A stretch of DNA of 64,000 nt. It comes from Candidatus Latescibacterota bacterium (GTDB taxonomy: Bacteria; Latescibacterota; UBA2968). This document shows, piece by piece, positions 49,280-58,431 of this stretch (positions within the stretch are counted from its first letter, which is position 1; every line of letters begins with the position of its first letter). Under the pieces are notes generated by a model. That model worked only from the letters and a program-made list of their open reading frames with translations. It did not search any database and was not told where the DNA came from. Location of the stretch: NCBI GenBank assembly GCA_965205975.1, contig OZ242195.1, forward strand, positions 3,744,001 through 3,808,000, given 5' to 3'. Both the position numbers and the translations under genes were made by a program.

Positions 49280-50152
49280 TCACCTCTCCACAGGAACCAA
49301 CCGCAGCGCATTCTCGCAATAAATCTTCTCCCTGACCTCCCGCGGCAAATCCAACGCCTCCAGATGCACCTGCAACGCATTCCCCGGCGCATCGCGTCCA
49401 AACAGCAAACGATCCTGATAATCAATCAAAAAATCTCGCCCTCCATCCTCCATGCGCTGCAACGCATTCAAACCAGACCCCGCCGACAAATCCGCCCAGA
49501 GATTCGCATATTGAGCAAACAAATCAAACAAACGCCCCCCCGGCACAATCGGACCCGAAGGATATGTCTCTGGATCCGTCGCCTCATCCCCACTCACATG
49601 CCGCCAGAAACCAGGCGCGTGACCGACAAACGTCGTATCCGGACACGCCTGCAACGCCTGCGCCAGCGCGCCAATCTCCCCCCCATACCAATACTCCTGA
49701 TACACCCCATTCAAAAACGGCGTATCAATATGCAACACCACTGGCGCGCCCAACTCACCCGCCTTGCGAAACAACAAAATCGCACGCGGATCATTCAACA
49801 ACATCCGATAGCTCCACTCCCCACACACCCGAACGCCATGCGAATAATACGCCGCCTCAAAAAGCCCTGCCGCATCGCCCTCCGACGGACAGGGACAATA
49901 CCCCGCCACAAACCGATCGGGATATTTCTCACACGCCCGCGAAAGATCATTCAACGTCGTCCCCGCATGCGTCCCATCGGGCCGCGCATTGACCGGATTA
50001 AACACGCGATGGCTACTCGCCACATGCTCACCCGGCGGCAAATACCACGTAAGCAACCACGCCACATCATAGCCGAACTGATCCATCTCATTCAACACAC
50101 CCTCGGCATTTAGCCCGTGATAATAAATGTGATTGTGCGCGTCAATAATCAT
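49280..50152 (-). CDS. Amidohydrolase_2 family protein
   Basis: IIDAHNH, PVVLH, FVGHA, LLFGRD, ENALRL. Confidence 0.88.
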   Translation of the reverse strand: MIIDAHNHIYYHGLNAEGVLNEMDQFGYDVAWLLTWYLPPGEHVASSHRVFNPVNARPDGTHAGTTLNDLSRACEKYPDRFVAGYCPCPSEGDAAGLFEAAYYSHGVRVCGEWSYRMLLNDPRAILLFRKAGELGAPVVLHIDTPFLNGVYQEYWYGGEIGALAQALQACPDTTFVGHAPGFWRHVSGDEATDPETYPSGPIVPGGRLFDLFAQYANLWADLSAGSGLNALQRMEDGGRDFLIDYQDRLLFGRDAPGNALQVHLEALDLPREVREKIYCENALRLVPVER

Positions 50153-50258
50153 TGTACAAATCCCCAGCTTTTGCGATTTTTTCTTGACGAAGTTACAATA
50201 AAAAAATAGTATATAGGGCTTGCAGCCACACCGCGAAAGGAATACTCCGTTCGATCAA

Positions 50259-51203
50259 ATGTCCAACTCTACCAAACAATTAGATCTCTCGACAAAAATT
50301 GCCAAAAGGCTTACCCTTAAAAACCCCGTCATCATGGCCTCGGGCACTTTTGGGCACGGCGCCGAATACGCGTCCCTCTTTGACCTGAGCAAAATCGGCG
50401 GCATCGTCACAAAAACCATCACCTATCACCCCCGGGCGGGCAACCCACCGCCGCGCACTGCCGAAACCCCATCCGGCATGCTCAACGCCATTGGACTCAC
50501 CAACCCGGGCATCGACGCATTCATCGCCGAAAAAGTCCCACCCCTTGCCGCACTCAACACCGGACGCATCGTCAGCATAGCGGGAACATCGGACCGGGAA
50601 TTTGCCGACATGGCCGCCCGCTTCAACGACCTCGAAGGCATAGACGCCCTCGAACTCAACATCTCATCGCCCAACATGAAAGACGGCGGCATGCTCTTTG
50701 GCTGTTCCGAACGCGCCGCCCACAACGTAACCCGAGCCGTCAAAGCCGTATCGCAACTACCCATCATCGTCAAACTCACCCCAAACGTAACCGACATTGC
50801 CGCCATAGCTGGCGCAGTCGAAGAAGGCGGAGCAGACGGCATCGCCCTCATCAACACCCTGCTGGGCATGGCAATAGACATAGACACGCGCCGTCCCATC
50901 CTGGGAAATATCACAGGCGGCTTATCTGGCCCCGCGATCAAACCCGTCGCCCTCGCCCTGCTCTGGAAAGTCGTCGAACGGGTCTCTATCCCCGTCATCG
51001 GCATGGGCGGCATAGCCACAGCGCGCGACGCCATTGAATTTCTCATCATTGGCGCATCCGCCATACAGGTCGGAACCACAACCTTTGTTCGTCCCCTTGC
51101 AGCCTTGGAGATACTCGATGGCATTGCAGAATATTGCAAAACACACGAAATCGACCACATATCCGACCTTATCGGCGGCATGCAACCACCTGCGGTGCAT
51201 TAA
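50259..51203 (+). CDS. pyrD: Dihydroorotate dehydrogenase, family 1 catalytic subunit
   Basis: KNPVIMASGTFG, GMLNAIGL.NPG, KLTPN, INT, GGLSGPAIKP. Confidence 0.92.
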   Translation: MSNSTKQLDLSTKIAKRLTLKNPVIMASGTFGHGAEYASLFDLSKIGGIVTKTITYHPRAGNPPPRTAETPSGMLNAIGLTNPGIDAFIAEKVPPLAALNTGRIVSIAGTSDREFADMAARFNDLEGIDALELNISSPNMKDGGMLFGCSERAAHNVTRAVKAVSQLPIIVKLTPNVTDIAAIAGAVEEGGADGIALINTLLGMAIDIDTRRPILGNITGGLSGPAIKPVALALLWKVVERVSIPVIGMGGIATARDAIEFLIIGASAIQVGTTTFVRPLAALEILDGIAEYCKTHEIDHISDLIGGMQPPAVH

Positions 51204-51645
51204 AATCTCCCACCTGCTCTGCATCTTCCTCTGCGTCTCTATCATGGGATGTGCCTCGCACCCCCGCTATCGCGGCAAACCCATCACAGAAAAACCCAAA
51301 GACTCCAAACCCTCCAAACCCTCCAAGACCGTATCTCCATCCCCCAAATACCGATCATCTCAAATAGGCTACACATCCTACTACGCGCACAAATTTCACG
51401 GCCGGCCAACAGCCAGCGGTGAAATCTACGACATGAACGGCCTATCCGCCGCACACCGCGAACTGCCCCTCGGCACAATAATCCGCGTCACCCATCTGGG
51501 CAACGGCAAATCCGTCGTCGTCAAAGTAAATGACCGCGGACCCTTCGTTGAAGGACGCATCCTCGACCTCTCCCTCGGCGCAGCCAAAAAGCTGGACATG
51601 GTCGCTGAAGGCGTTGCCAGAGTCAAAATCGAAATCGTCAAATAG
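51190..51645 (+). CDS. rlpA: Septal ring lytic transglycosylase RlpA family lipoprotein (start uncertain)
   Basis: Lipobox-like IMGC; SYY...HG..TASGE.YD...AAHR.LP.G..V.VNDRGPF..GRI.DLS. Confidence 0.85.
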   Translation: MRCIKISHLLCIFLCVSIMGCASHPRYRGKPITEKPKDSKPSKPSKTVSPSPKYRSSQIGYTSYYAHKFHGRPTASGEIYDMNGLSAAHRELPLGTIIRVTHLGNGKSVVVKVNDRGPFVEGRILDLSLGAAKKLDMVAEGVARVKIEIVK

Positions 51646-51651
51646 GATAAT

Positions 51652-52032
51652 ATGATGAAATGGAAAGAATGGCAAACCGCAGCAGACGACGAAACCCTGT
51701 GGGTAGATAATAAAGAAAAAGGGCTACTCAAAGCCGAATATCTGACCGCTTATGTCTTGCGCCTCTGGTTTGAAGAAGACCTCGATATTTCCATTTACGA
51801 TCTGGATTTTTATTCGCTCTTTATTGAAGAGAATCCAGGAGGCGTTTTTGAATTGCTACGCAATAAGGAGCGATTTCGTCAGGCGATTGGCGACTATGCC
51901 TTGATTTGGCCCAATCCCGAAACAGGTGAATATGACGAACAAGCCATTGATCTTGCTCCCGAATGTGTGCGTTTTTTTTGTGAACGTTTTGGCAAAATTT
52001 TAAAAGGCCTCCAGAAGGAACAGGTCGCCTGA
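51652..52032 (+). CDS. DUF2442-like protein, orphan
   Basis: Y.LRLWFE, GGVFE.L...E.F, L.WPN, D.APE motifs; AT-rich insert. Confidence 0.7.
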   Translation: MMKWKEWQTAADDETLWVDNKEKGLLKAEYLTAYVLRLWFEEDLDISIYDLDFYSLFIEENPGGVFELLRNKERFRQAIGDYALIWPNPETGEYDEQAIDLAPECVRFFCERFGKILKGLQKEQVA

Positions 52033-52058
52033 TACTATTTTAACAAATCCATTCCCTC

Positions 52059-53090
52059 CTATTCCTCCCCTCCTTCCCCATCCCAATCCTCATACATATC
52101 CGCGATCACATCATCAATCGGGGCGCGGTTTGTTTCCACATCGCGAATAGTCGTTTGCTCTGCCGCTTGATCGAGTAGCGTAGGTATCGATATTTGTGCC
52201 GCATCAAACGTAAAGTGATGGCGATTGCCTTCGCTCTCGATAAATTGAACGCCTGAAAGTTGCGGCGGAGACGTATCGGCAGTCTCAATAATAAGATGCC
52301 TGCGGTCCCCAAATTGACCGCGCAATTCTCGAAAATCCCCATCAAACGCGATATTGCCCTTATCGATCATCACAATACGCCCCGCGAGCTGCTCCAACTC
52401 ATCCATATCATGGCTCGTGATCATAACCGTAACGCCCTTTTCGCGATTGAGATTCTTGATAAAATCGAGAATATTGCGTTTGGCAAGCACATCAACGCCA
52501 ATAGTGGGTTCATCCAGAAAAAGAATCTCAGGCTCGTGCATTAGCATAAGCGCCAGATCTGCCCGCATCTTTTGCCCCAAACTGATCTGACGCGCGAGAC
52601 TATTGAAAAACTCGCCAATCCCGAGAAGTTCCTTCACAAAATCGAGCATCGCGTTATACCGGTCCCGGGGAATATCCCAAACCACCCGTTTCCACTCAAA
52701 ACTCGCCGCAACGGGTTGATCCCACCACAACTCTGTCCGCTGACCAAAAACCACGCCAATACGCTTCACATAACGAACGCGATCCTTCAGAGGATCCATA
52801 CCCAGACAGCGAACCGTTCCAGAAGTAGGTGCAAGAACACTGGAAAGCAGCTTCACAGTCGTGGATTTTCCCGCACCATTGGGACCTGCATAAGCGACAA
52901 TCTCGCCGCGGCGAATCTCGAGATTCACCTTCTGCAACGCGCGAATCTCCCGGACATTGGGCCGAAACAAATTCTTGAAAACATCCCGAACCTTCTCCGA
53001 ACGCTGGCGCTGGTAAAAAATCTTATCGACCTCGATCAGCTCAACCGCGATGTCCGAAACCGAGGTAGCGTTGTGACCCGGTCTGTTCAT
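52059..53090 (-). CDS. ABC-2 type transporter ATP-binding protein
   Basis: GPNGAGKST, VVFGQR..LWWD, SLGQKMRAD, FLDEPTIG, TSHDM. Confidence 0.9.
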   Translation of the reverse strand: MNRPGHNATSVSDIAVELIEVDKIFYQRQRSEKVRDVFKNLFRPNVREIRALQKVNLEIRRGEIVAYAGPNGAGKSTTVKLLSSVLAPTSGTVRCLGMDPLKDRVRYVKRIGVVFGQRTELWWDQPVAASFEWKRVVWDIPRDRYNAMLDFVKELLGIGEFFNSLARQISLGQKMRADLALMLMHEPEILFLDEPTIGVDVLAKRNILDFIKNLNREKGVTVMITSHDMDELEQLAGRIVMIDKGNIAFDGDFRELRGQFGDRRHLIIETADTSPPQLSGVQFIESEGNRHHFTFDAAQISIPTLLDQAAEQTTIRDVETNRAPIDDVIADMYEDWDGEGGEE

Positions 53091-53874
53091 AGTGCTGCAT
53101 TCCCTTTTTAAATAAAATCCACGCAATAAGAGAGAAACCCATCGCCACAAGCGGCGTATGCCACAGGCTCGACGGCGCAATACCGAGCAATTGTCGGCAG
53201 GGATACCACGCGACAAAACCCACGGGCAAAACAGTAAGCATACTGGCAAGCACATAAACACTCAAACCATCCAGAGGAAAAGACTTGAGCTGAAACATAA
53301 AATTAACCGCGCGACTGCTAATTTCCTCCGCAGCAACCGGTGCCCAAAAAGCCAGACTTCCCCACGCAAAAGAAAAAGATAGCACAATCGCGCAAGAAGA
53401 CGCGAGATTGCAGAAAAACATCAGCCACCAGTACAGCGTAAACACCGCATCAATCTGAAAAATAGCCCATGTCCAAATACCAATCCCCGTCAGCAAAGAC
53501 CACGACCCGGAAAAAGGCATAAAACCCTCGGTCAACAACCCCATCCACACCGGCTGGGGTTGCACGAGCGTGTGATCCATCTGACCGCGCCCAATGCGCC
53601 GACTGATATGCAGAACATTATAGCTAAACCCCATATCTAAAAAACCGCGAACAAGCGCGGCATAACCCAGCATAAAAACAATTTGATCCCGCGACCACAG
53701 GCCAATACCTTCAAACCGCTCCGCCAGCAGAAAAACCGCTGTAACACCCGCGAGATTCAGAATAATGTCCGAGATAATATTGATCAAAAAAAACCGAAAA
53801 TCCCGCGTCATCCACATAAAATCCAGATACGCCTGCACCCGCCAACGGGCGAAGAGTTTTGTCAAAGTCTTCAC
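53041..53874 (-). CDS. ABC-2 family permease (DUF990-like)
   Basis: G.MDH.LVQP, P..FVAWYP, Y..TGS; AGGAGG RBS before GTG 53874. Confidence 0.82.
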   Translation of the reverse strand: MKTLTKLFARWRVQAYLDFMWMTRDFRFFLINIISDIILNLAGVTAVFLLAERFEGIGLWSRDQIVFMLGYAALVRGFLDMGFSYNVLHISRRIGRGQMDHTLVQPQPVWMGLLTEGFMPFSGSWSLLTGIGIWTWAIFQIDAVFTLYWWLMFFCNLASSCAIVLSFSFAWGSLAFWAPVAAEEISSRAVNFMFQLKSFPLDGLSVYVLASMLTVLPVGFVAWYPCRQLLGIAPSSLWHTPLVAMGFSLIAWILFKKGMQHYEQTGSQRYLGFGHRG

Positions 53875-53888
53875 AAAAATTAAACCTC

Positions 53889-53955
53889 CTGGATCGCGGC
53901 TCAACTTCACACCGCGATGACGATGGTCCTCCCTTCACACTTCTCACGTCTCACC
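53889..53955 (-). repeat. 67-bp composite repeat, copy 1 (CGTC palindrome + GTGAGAA heptamers)
   Basis: 61/67 identical to 54779-54845. Confidence 0.88.
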
Positions 53956-53959
53956 GCCT

Positions 53960-54754
53960 TTATCCCCCATGCGAAACCAGGCGTTCGCGATTGGCATTCC
54001 AGAGCCAATGCGCGACGGGCCACAGAACAACAGCCCAGAAAGCTTGAAGGCCGATAAGGAAAACGGGATCCCCCGTACCGGTATAAATGCGTAGCGGCGC
54101 GGAAGCCAGCGAAGCAAAAGGCAAAAAAGTCAGAACATCCCCAATACCCCATGGCATCAGCGCAAGTGGAATAATAGCACCCGACAACAAAACACTCACC
54201 GCATCTCGAATCTGCGTCAAAGCATAGACATGTTGCTCCAGCAAAACCATAAAACTCGCAAAAATGAAATCAAACGCCGCGCCAATGGCAATACCCAAAA
54301 TCAAACTACACAAAAACAAAACGCCCGCAGACACACTCTCCGGCAATGCATCAACCCCCATAAGCGGCGCCAGACAAAAAAGCGGCAGTGAAAACAAAAT
54401 CAGATTGGGCAAACCCGAACCAAACATCTCCGCGACAAACTGGCCGTAAATACCCACCGGACGCAAAAAGCGATTGGCGATATCCCCGCGCCAGAGCGCC
54501 CCATCCAGACCTGTACGCACAGAAATCTGCCCGGCAAAAACCTCGGCAATCAGAGTATAGGTAAGCACCGCATTGCGCGTCATACCAGAAACCTCCCCTA
54601 CCTCGGGCAACAACATCCGCCACAGAGAAAGCAGGAATACCACGCGCAACAAGCGCAAAACAGAGCCACCGACAAGAACCCACCCCTTGTCATCCAGGGA
54701 CCGGGTGGCAACCATGATAATCGTCTTAAAATGTTTATGAGTTGTAATGAACAT
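53960..54754 (-). CDS. ABC-2 family permease (DUF990-like)
   Basis: G.IA..FLRP, SG.IIPL.L.P, LPF...P..IY.G, C-terminal ..HGG. Confidence 0.82.
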   Translation of the reverse strand: MFITTHKHFKTIIMVATRSLDDKGWVLVGGSVLRLLRVVFLLSLWRMLLPEVGEVSGMTRNAVLTYTLIAEVFAGQISVRTGLDGALWRGDIANRFLRPVGIYGQFVAEMFGSGLPNLILFSLPLFCLAPLMGVDALPESVSAGVLFLCSLILGIAIGAAFDFIFASFMVLLEQHVYALTQIRDAVSVLLSGAIIPLALMPWGIGDVLTFLPFASLASAPLRIYTGTGDPVFLIGLQAFWAVVLWPVAHWLWNANRERLVSHGG

Positions 54755-54778
54755 GGATTCATCAATAATGAAAAGACA

Positions 54779-54845
54779 CTGGATCGCGGCTCAAAACCAT
54801 GCCGCGATGACGATGGTCCTCCCTTCACACTTCTCACTTCTCACC
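54779..54845 (-). repeat. 67-bp composite repeat, copy 2
   Basis: Direct repeat of 53889-53955; overlaps the hemY stop codon. Confidence 0.88.
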
Positions 54846-56216
54846 TGCTTTTAAAATCCGATCCACCGTATCCACCGCCTGCACAATACAATCGGGAATC
54901 GCCGACCCGCGATACGCACTCCCCGTCAAAAACAACCCATCCACCTGCGCGGCGAGACGCTCCATTTCAGCCACGCGCTCCAGATGCCCCACATCGAACT
55001 GGGGGCGTCCTTTTCTCCAGCGAAAAACGCGCGCAAACAGAGGATCAGCCGTCAACCCCATCAAATCTTCCAATTCCTCGCGCGACTGTGCAACCAGCAC
55101 CTCATCATCCAGATCCACCAGATCTTCCTGCCCTGCGCCCCCCACAAAAGTACGCACCAGAACCCCATCGTCTGGCGCGCGAAAATTCAGCTTTGTCGAA
55201 ACCCATGTACACGCCGTAATCCGACGCCCCTCGTGTTTTGGCGACAAAAAACCAAACCCCTCAAAATCGTGCTGTCCCTCAACATCACTCTTCCGATACG
55301 CCAGAGAAATCGTCGCCGTTGAAACATAGCGAATACCGCGCAACATAAGACTCAAATCCGGCGCAAAATCAGCCACCAGATCAGCGGACACATAAGCCGG
55401 CGTCGCCATCACCACGGCATCTGTCCCGATCACCTCCTCCCCTGCAACCACCTCAAATCCCCCATCTACCTTTCGCACAGACCCAACCGCAACCCCCAGG
55501 CGCAAATCCCCATCCAAACGCGCGACCAGAGTATCGACCAACTCACCCATCCCGCCAATCAGCGTCTGAAACATCGCAGAGGATCTCGCGCGCGTTCTCC
55601 TCATTGCCCGCACCCCCTTAATCAAACTCCCATAGCGCTGCTCCATCGCCACATACATCGGAAACGCGCACCGCATACTCAAACGCTCTGCATCTGCACT
55701 GTGGATACCCGCCAGCATCGCCCCGCCAATATTCACAGCCTCCACGCCCAACCGCCGCCGAATAAAACTCGCCAGACTCTCATCGCCCTCATCTCTCTGC
55801 CGCGGAACAAACACCTCCAGCCCCATCCTCACCTTTCCCCAAAACGAATACAGAGGTGACGTCGCAAGGGACCAAAATCTCGCAGGCACCAGCGAAAAAT
55901 CCTCCGGAAAAGCCACCAATTTCCCATCCCGCGCCAAAAATGTCCGCTGCCGATCATTATTCGTCGAAATCAACCGATCTGCCAACCCCAGATCCTTACA
56001 CAACTGAATACCCGCGGGCTTTTGCGTCAGCAGCAAATCCGGACCGCCCTCAATCAAAAAACCATCCACCGACTCCGTCGCAATCTTCCCACCCCACCGG
56101 TCACTGCGCTCCAGCAAAACATACTGGATCTCCCGACCCTGTTCCCTCGCTCTTTTTTCCAAATAAAAAGCGGTCGCAAGACCCGCTATGCCACCGCCAA
56201 TAATAGTTATATGCAT
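54834..56216 (-). CDS. hemY: Protoporphyrinogen/coproporphyrinogen III oxidase (HemY/HemG type)
   Basis: IIGGGIAGL FAD motif, EGGPD, GFGFL, PQF.VGH, G..IPDCI. Confidence 0.92.
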   Translation of the reverse strand: MHITIIGGGIAGLATAFYLEKRAREQGREIQYVLLERSDRWGGKIATESVDGFLIEGGPDLLLTQKPAGIQLCKDLGLADRLISTNNDRQRTFLARDGKLVAFPEDFSLVPARFWSLATSPLYSFWGKVRMGLEVFVPRQRDEGDESLASFIRRRLGVEAVNIGGAMLAGIHSADAERLSMRCAFPMYVAMEQRYGSLIKGVRAMRRTRARSSAMFQTLIGGMGELVDTLVARLDGDLRLGVAVGSVRKVDGGFEVVAGEEVIGTDAVVMATPAYVSADLVADFAPDLSLMLRGIRYVSTATISLAYRKSDVEGQHDFEGFGFLSPKHEGRRITACTWVSTKLNFRAPDDGVLVRTFVGGAGQEDLVDLDDEVLVAQSREELEDLMGLTADPLFARVFRWRKGRPQFDVGHLERVAEMERLAAQVDGLFLTGSAYRGSAIPDCIVQAVDTVDRILKAGEK

Positions 56217-56230
56217 ATCGCTATCACCCC

Positions 56231-57163
56231 TCAAATCACCTCTTCCACCGCATCTGCAACCGCCTCGATAAACACGGAATCGCTATTCATCATCTCTGTG
56301 CGTTCCAGGCGAATCCCGCGCTGTTCTGCAATCTCCTGGCAACCGATATCAATATCGTAAAGCACCTCCACGTGATCGCACACAAAACCAATAGGCGCAA
56401 CCAGAACATCGCGGTAATTGCCAGAAGCCAGTGCCGGAATCACATCTTCAATCTGCGGACCCAACCAGGGTTCGCCCGTATGTGCGGCACTCTGATATGA
56501 AAACATCCAATCCACCGGACCCAATTGATCGACAATAGCCTGAGCATTGCGCTTTAATTCATCGTCATAGGGATCGCCCATCTTCAGCAACCGGGCTGGC
56601 AAACTATGCGCTGAAAAAACCACCTTAGCCTTTCGCCTCGCATCCTCCGGAAATTTTTCCAATCCCGCCCGTACCTTTGCCGCCTGCGCCTCAATCAACC
56701 GGGGCTGATCGCACCACGAATTGACATAGGCAAAATCAATAGCACTCCCCACTTCTTTTTGCGCATCCTCGACCTTCTGTTGATAAAGGCCAATACTCAT
56801 CTGCGAATAATGCGGCGCCATCACAATGCCCACAGCCTTTTCAACACCATCCCCCTGCATCTTCGCCACCGCCTCTACAATCCGCGGTTTCCAGTGACGC
56901 ATACCCGTGTACGCCTTCACATTCCGCCCGCGCTTTTTCAACACCGCCTCAACACATCCCGCCTGCTCAAACGTGCGTTCATTCAACGGTGACTTGCCAC
57001 CGATCTGCGCGTAGCGACTGCGAAACTCCGCCACAAATTCTGGCGACATCGGCCTGCCACCCCGAATATCGCTCAAATAAGCTGCCATATCGTCCAGCGA
57101 ATCGGGGCTGCCATAAGCCATCAAAAGCACGCCAATTATTTTCTCATCGCGCCGTATATTCAT
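56231..57163 (-). CDS. hemH: Ferrochelatase
   Basis: LMAYGSP, GGKSPL, FSAHSLP, YQSA...EPWLGP, GFVCDHVEVLYDID. Confidence 0.93.
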   Translation of the reverse strand: MNIRRDEKIIGVLLMAYGSPDSLDDMAAYLSDIRGGRPMSPEFVAEFRSRYAQIGGKSPLNERTFEQAGCVEAVLKKRGRNVKAYTGMRHWKPRIVEAVAKMQGDGVEKAVGIVMAPHYSQMSIGLYQQKVEDAQKEVGSAIDFAYVNSWCDQPRLIEAQAAKVRAGLEKFPEDARRKAKVVFSAHSLPARLLKMGDPYDDELKRNAQAIVDQLGPVDWMFSYQSAAHTGEPWLGPQIEDVIPALASGNYRDVLVAPIGFVCDHVEVLYDIDIGCQEIAEQRGIRLERTEMMNSDSVFIEAVADAVEEVI

Positions 57164-58187
57164 GCACAAAATCAACCAATCTCCGCACATTCTCCACCGG
57201 TGTGCGCTGTAAAATCCCATGCCCCAAATTAAAAATATGCCCCGGCTTTCCCCTCACCGAATCCAATATGCGCCTCGTCTGCCGCGTTATCTCCTCAAAA
57301 GGCGCGAACAACACCACGGGATCCAGATTGCCCTGCACACCCACATCATCGCCCAAACGGCGCCACGCCACATCTATATCAATGCGCCAATCAACGCCAA
57401 TAACATCGCCCCCCGCCTCTTTCAACAACTCGAGAACACCCGCCGTACCCGTACCAAAATGAATAAGCGGCACATCTACTTCTGCCTTCGCAATCGCAAT
57501 CGCCTTTTGCGAATGCGGCAACACGTACTCGCGATAATCTGCCGGACTCAACGCCCCGACCCAGCTATCAAACACCTGCAACACCCCGGCACCCGCCCTG
57601 ACCTGCGCGATGAGATAATCCCCAATCGCCATCGCCATCATATCCATCAAACGATGCCATTGCGCTGGCTCGCCGTACATCAACCCCTTGGCAATCTCGT
57701 AATTGCGCGACGAACCGCCCTCCACCGCATAACAAACCAGCGTAAAAGGCGCACCTGCAAAACCAATCAACGGAACGCGACCATTGAGTTCTGCGACAGC
57801 CATCCGAATGGCATCACTCGCATAAGGCATCGCCTCCTCGGCGGGACTCACGGTCAACGCATCGATATCCGCCACCGTGCGAATCGGATTGTGAATAACC
57901 GGACCCTCGCCTTTTACATAGTCCAGATCCAAACCCATCGACTCGAGAATCGGCAACAAATCCTGAAAAATAATCGCAGCATCCACAGGATATGCATTCA
58001 CGGGCTGCATCGTAATCGCAGTAGAGATCTCGGGCGTCTTCACCATATCGAGAAAACTGTAGCGATCGCGATACGTCCAGTAAGCCTTCATATACCGCCC
58101 GGCCTGACGCATAAACCAAACAGGCGTCGCATCCACACATTCGCGACGACACGCCTTTAAAAAACGATCTGAACCATCACGCATCAT
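57144..58187 (-). CDS. hemE: Uroporphyrinogen decarboxylase
   Basis: PVWFMRQAGRY, IGFAGAPFT, QVFDSW, QGNLDP, FNLGHG. Confidence 0.96.
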   Translation of the reverse strand: MMRDGSDRFLKACRRECVDATPVWFMRQAGRYMKAYWTYRDRYSFLDMVKTPEISTAITMQPVNAYPVDAAIIFQDLLPILESMGLDLDYVKGEGPVIHNPIRTVADIDALTVSPAEEAMPYASDAIRMAVAELNGRVPLIGFAGAPFTLVCYAVEGGSSRNYEIAKGLMYGEPAQWHRLMDMMAMAIGDYLIAQVRAGAGVLQVFDSWVGALSPADYREYVLPHSQKAIAIAKAEVDVPLIHFGTGTAGVLELLKEAGGDVIGVDWRIDIDVAWRRLGDDVGVQGNLDPVVLFAPFEEITRQTRRILDSVRGKPGHIFNLGHGILQRTPVENVRRLVDFVHEYTAR

Positions 58188-58422
58188 CCATTCCCTCCAG
58201 CACCCGCATCAAATCCTCCAGCGACACAATTTCTTCTCCCGTTCTGAGAGCCTCTGGCGCGGCATCTTCTCCAGAAGTCCCAAACACAAACCACTCAAAC
58301 TCGCGCAAAAACTTCAAACAATGCCACTGACCTGTACGCGCGTAATCTTCGCTACACAACTCCCGCGGAATCGGGCACCCGTCGTACAGCCCGCGGGGGC
58401 ATGGTCGGCGTTTTTTCCCCAT
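58177..58422 (-). CDS. Small Cys-rich hypothetical protein (81 aa)
   Basis: Exactly fills the glnA-hemE gap, starting 9 nt after the glnA stop and overlapping the hemE start; 4 Cys. Confidence 0.6.
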   Translation of the reverse strand: MGKKRRPCPRGLYDGCPIPRELCSEDYARTGQWHCLKFLREFEWFVFGTSGEDAAPEALRTGEEIVSLEDLMRVLEGMDDA

Positions 58423-58431
58423 CCCTGTACC

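Noticed and set aside
53889..54845. CRISPR array from the direct repeats or REP copies
   Set aside because: Only two copies about 890 bp apart enclosing a gene; no regular repeat-spacer periodicity and no cas genes
57219..58160. 313-aa plus-strand ORF (and similar ones at 49364-50113, 58933-59673, 11137-11919, 9269-10018)
   Set aside because: Antisense shadows of well-supported genes; R/H/P/Q-rich composition follows from the strand skew
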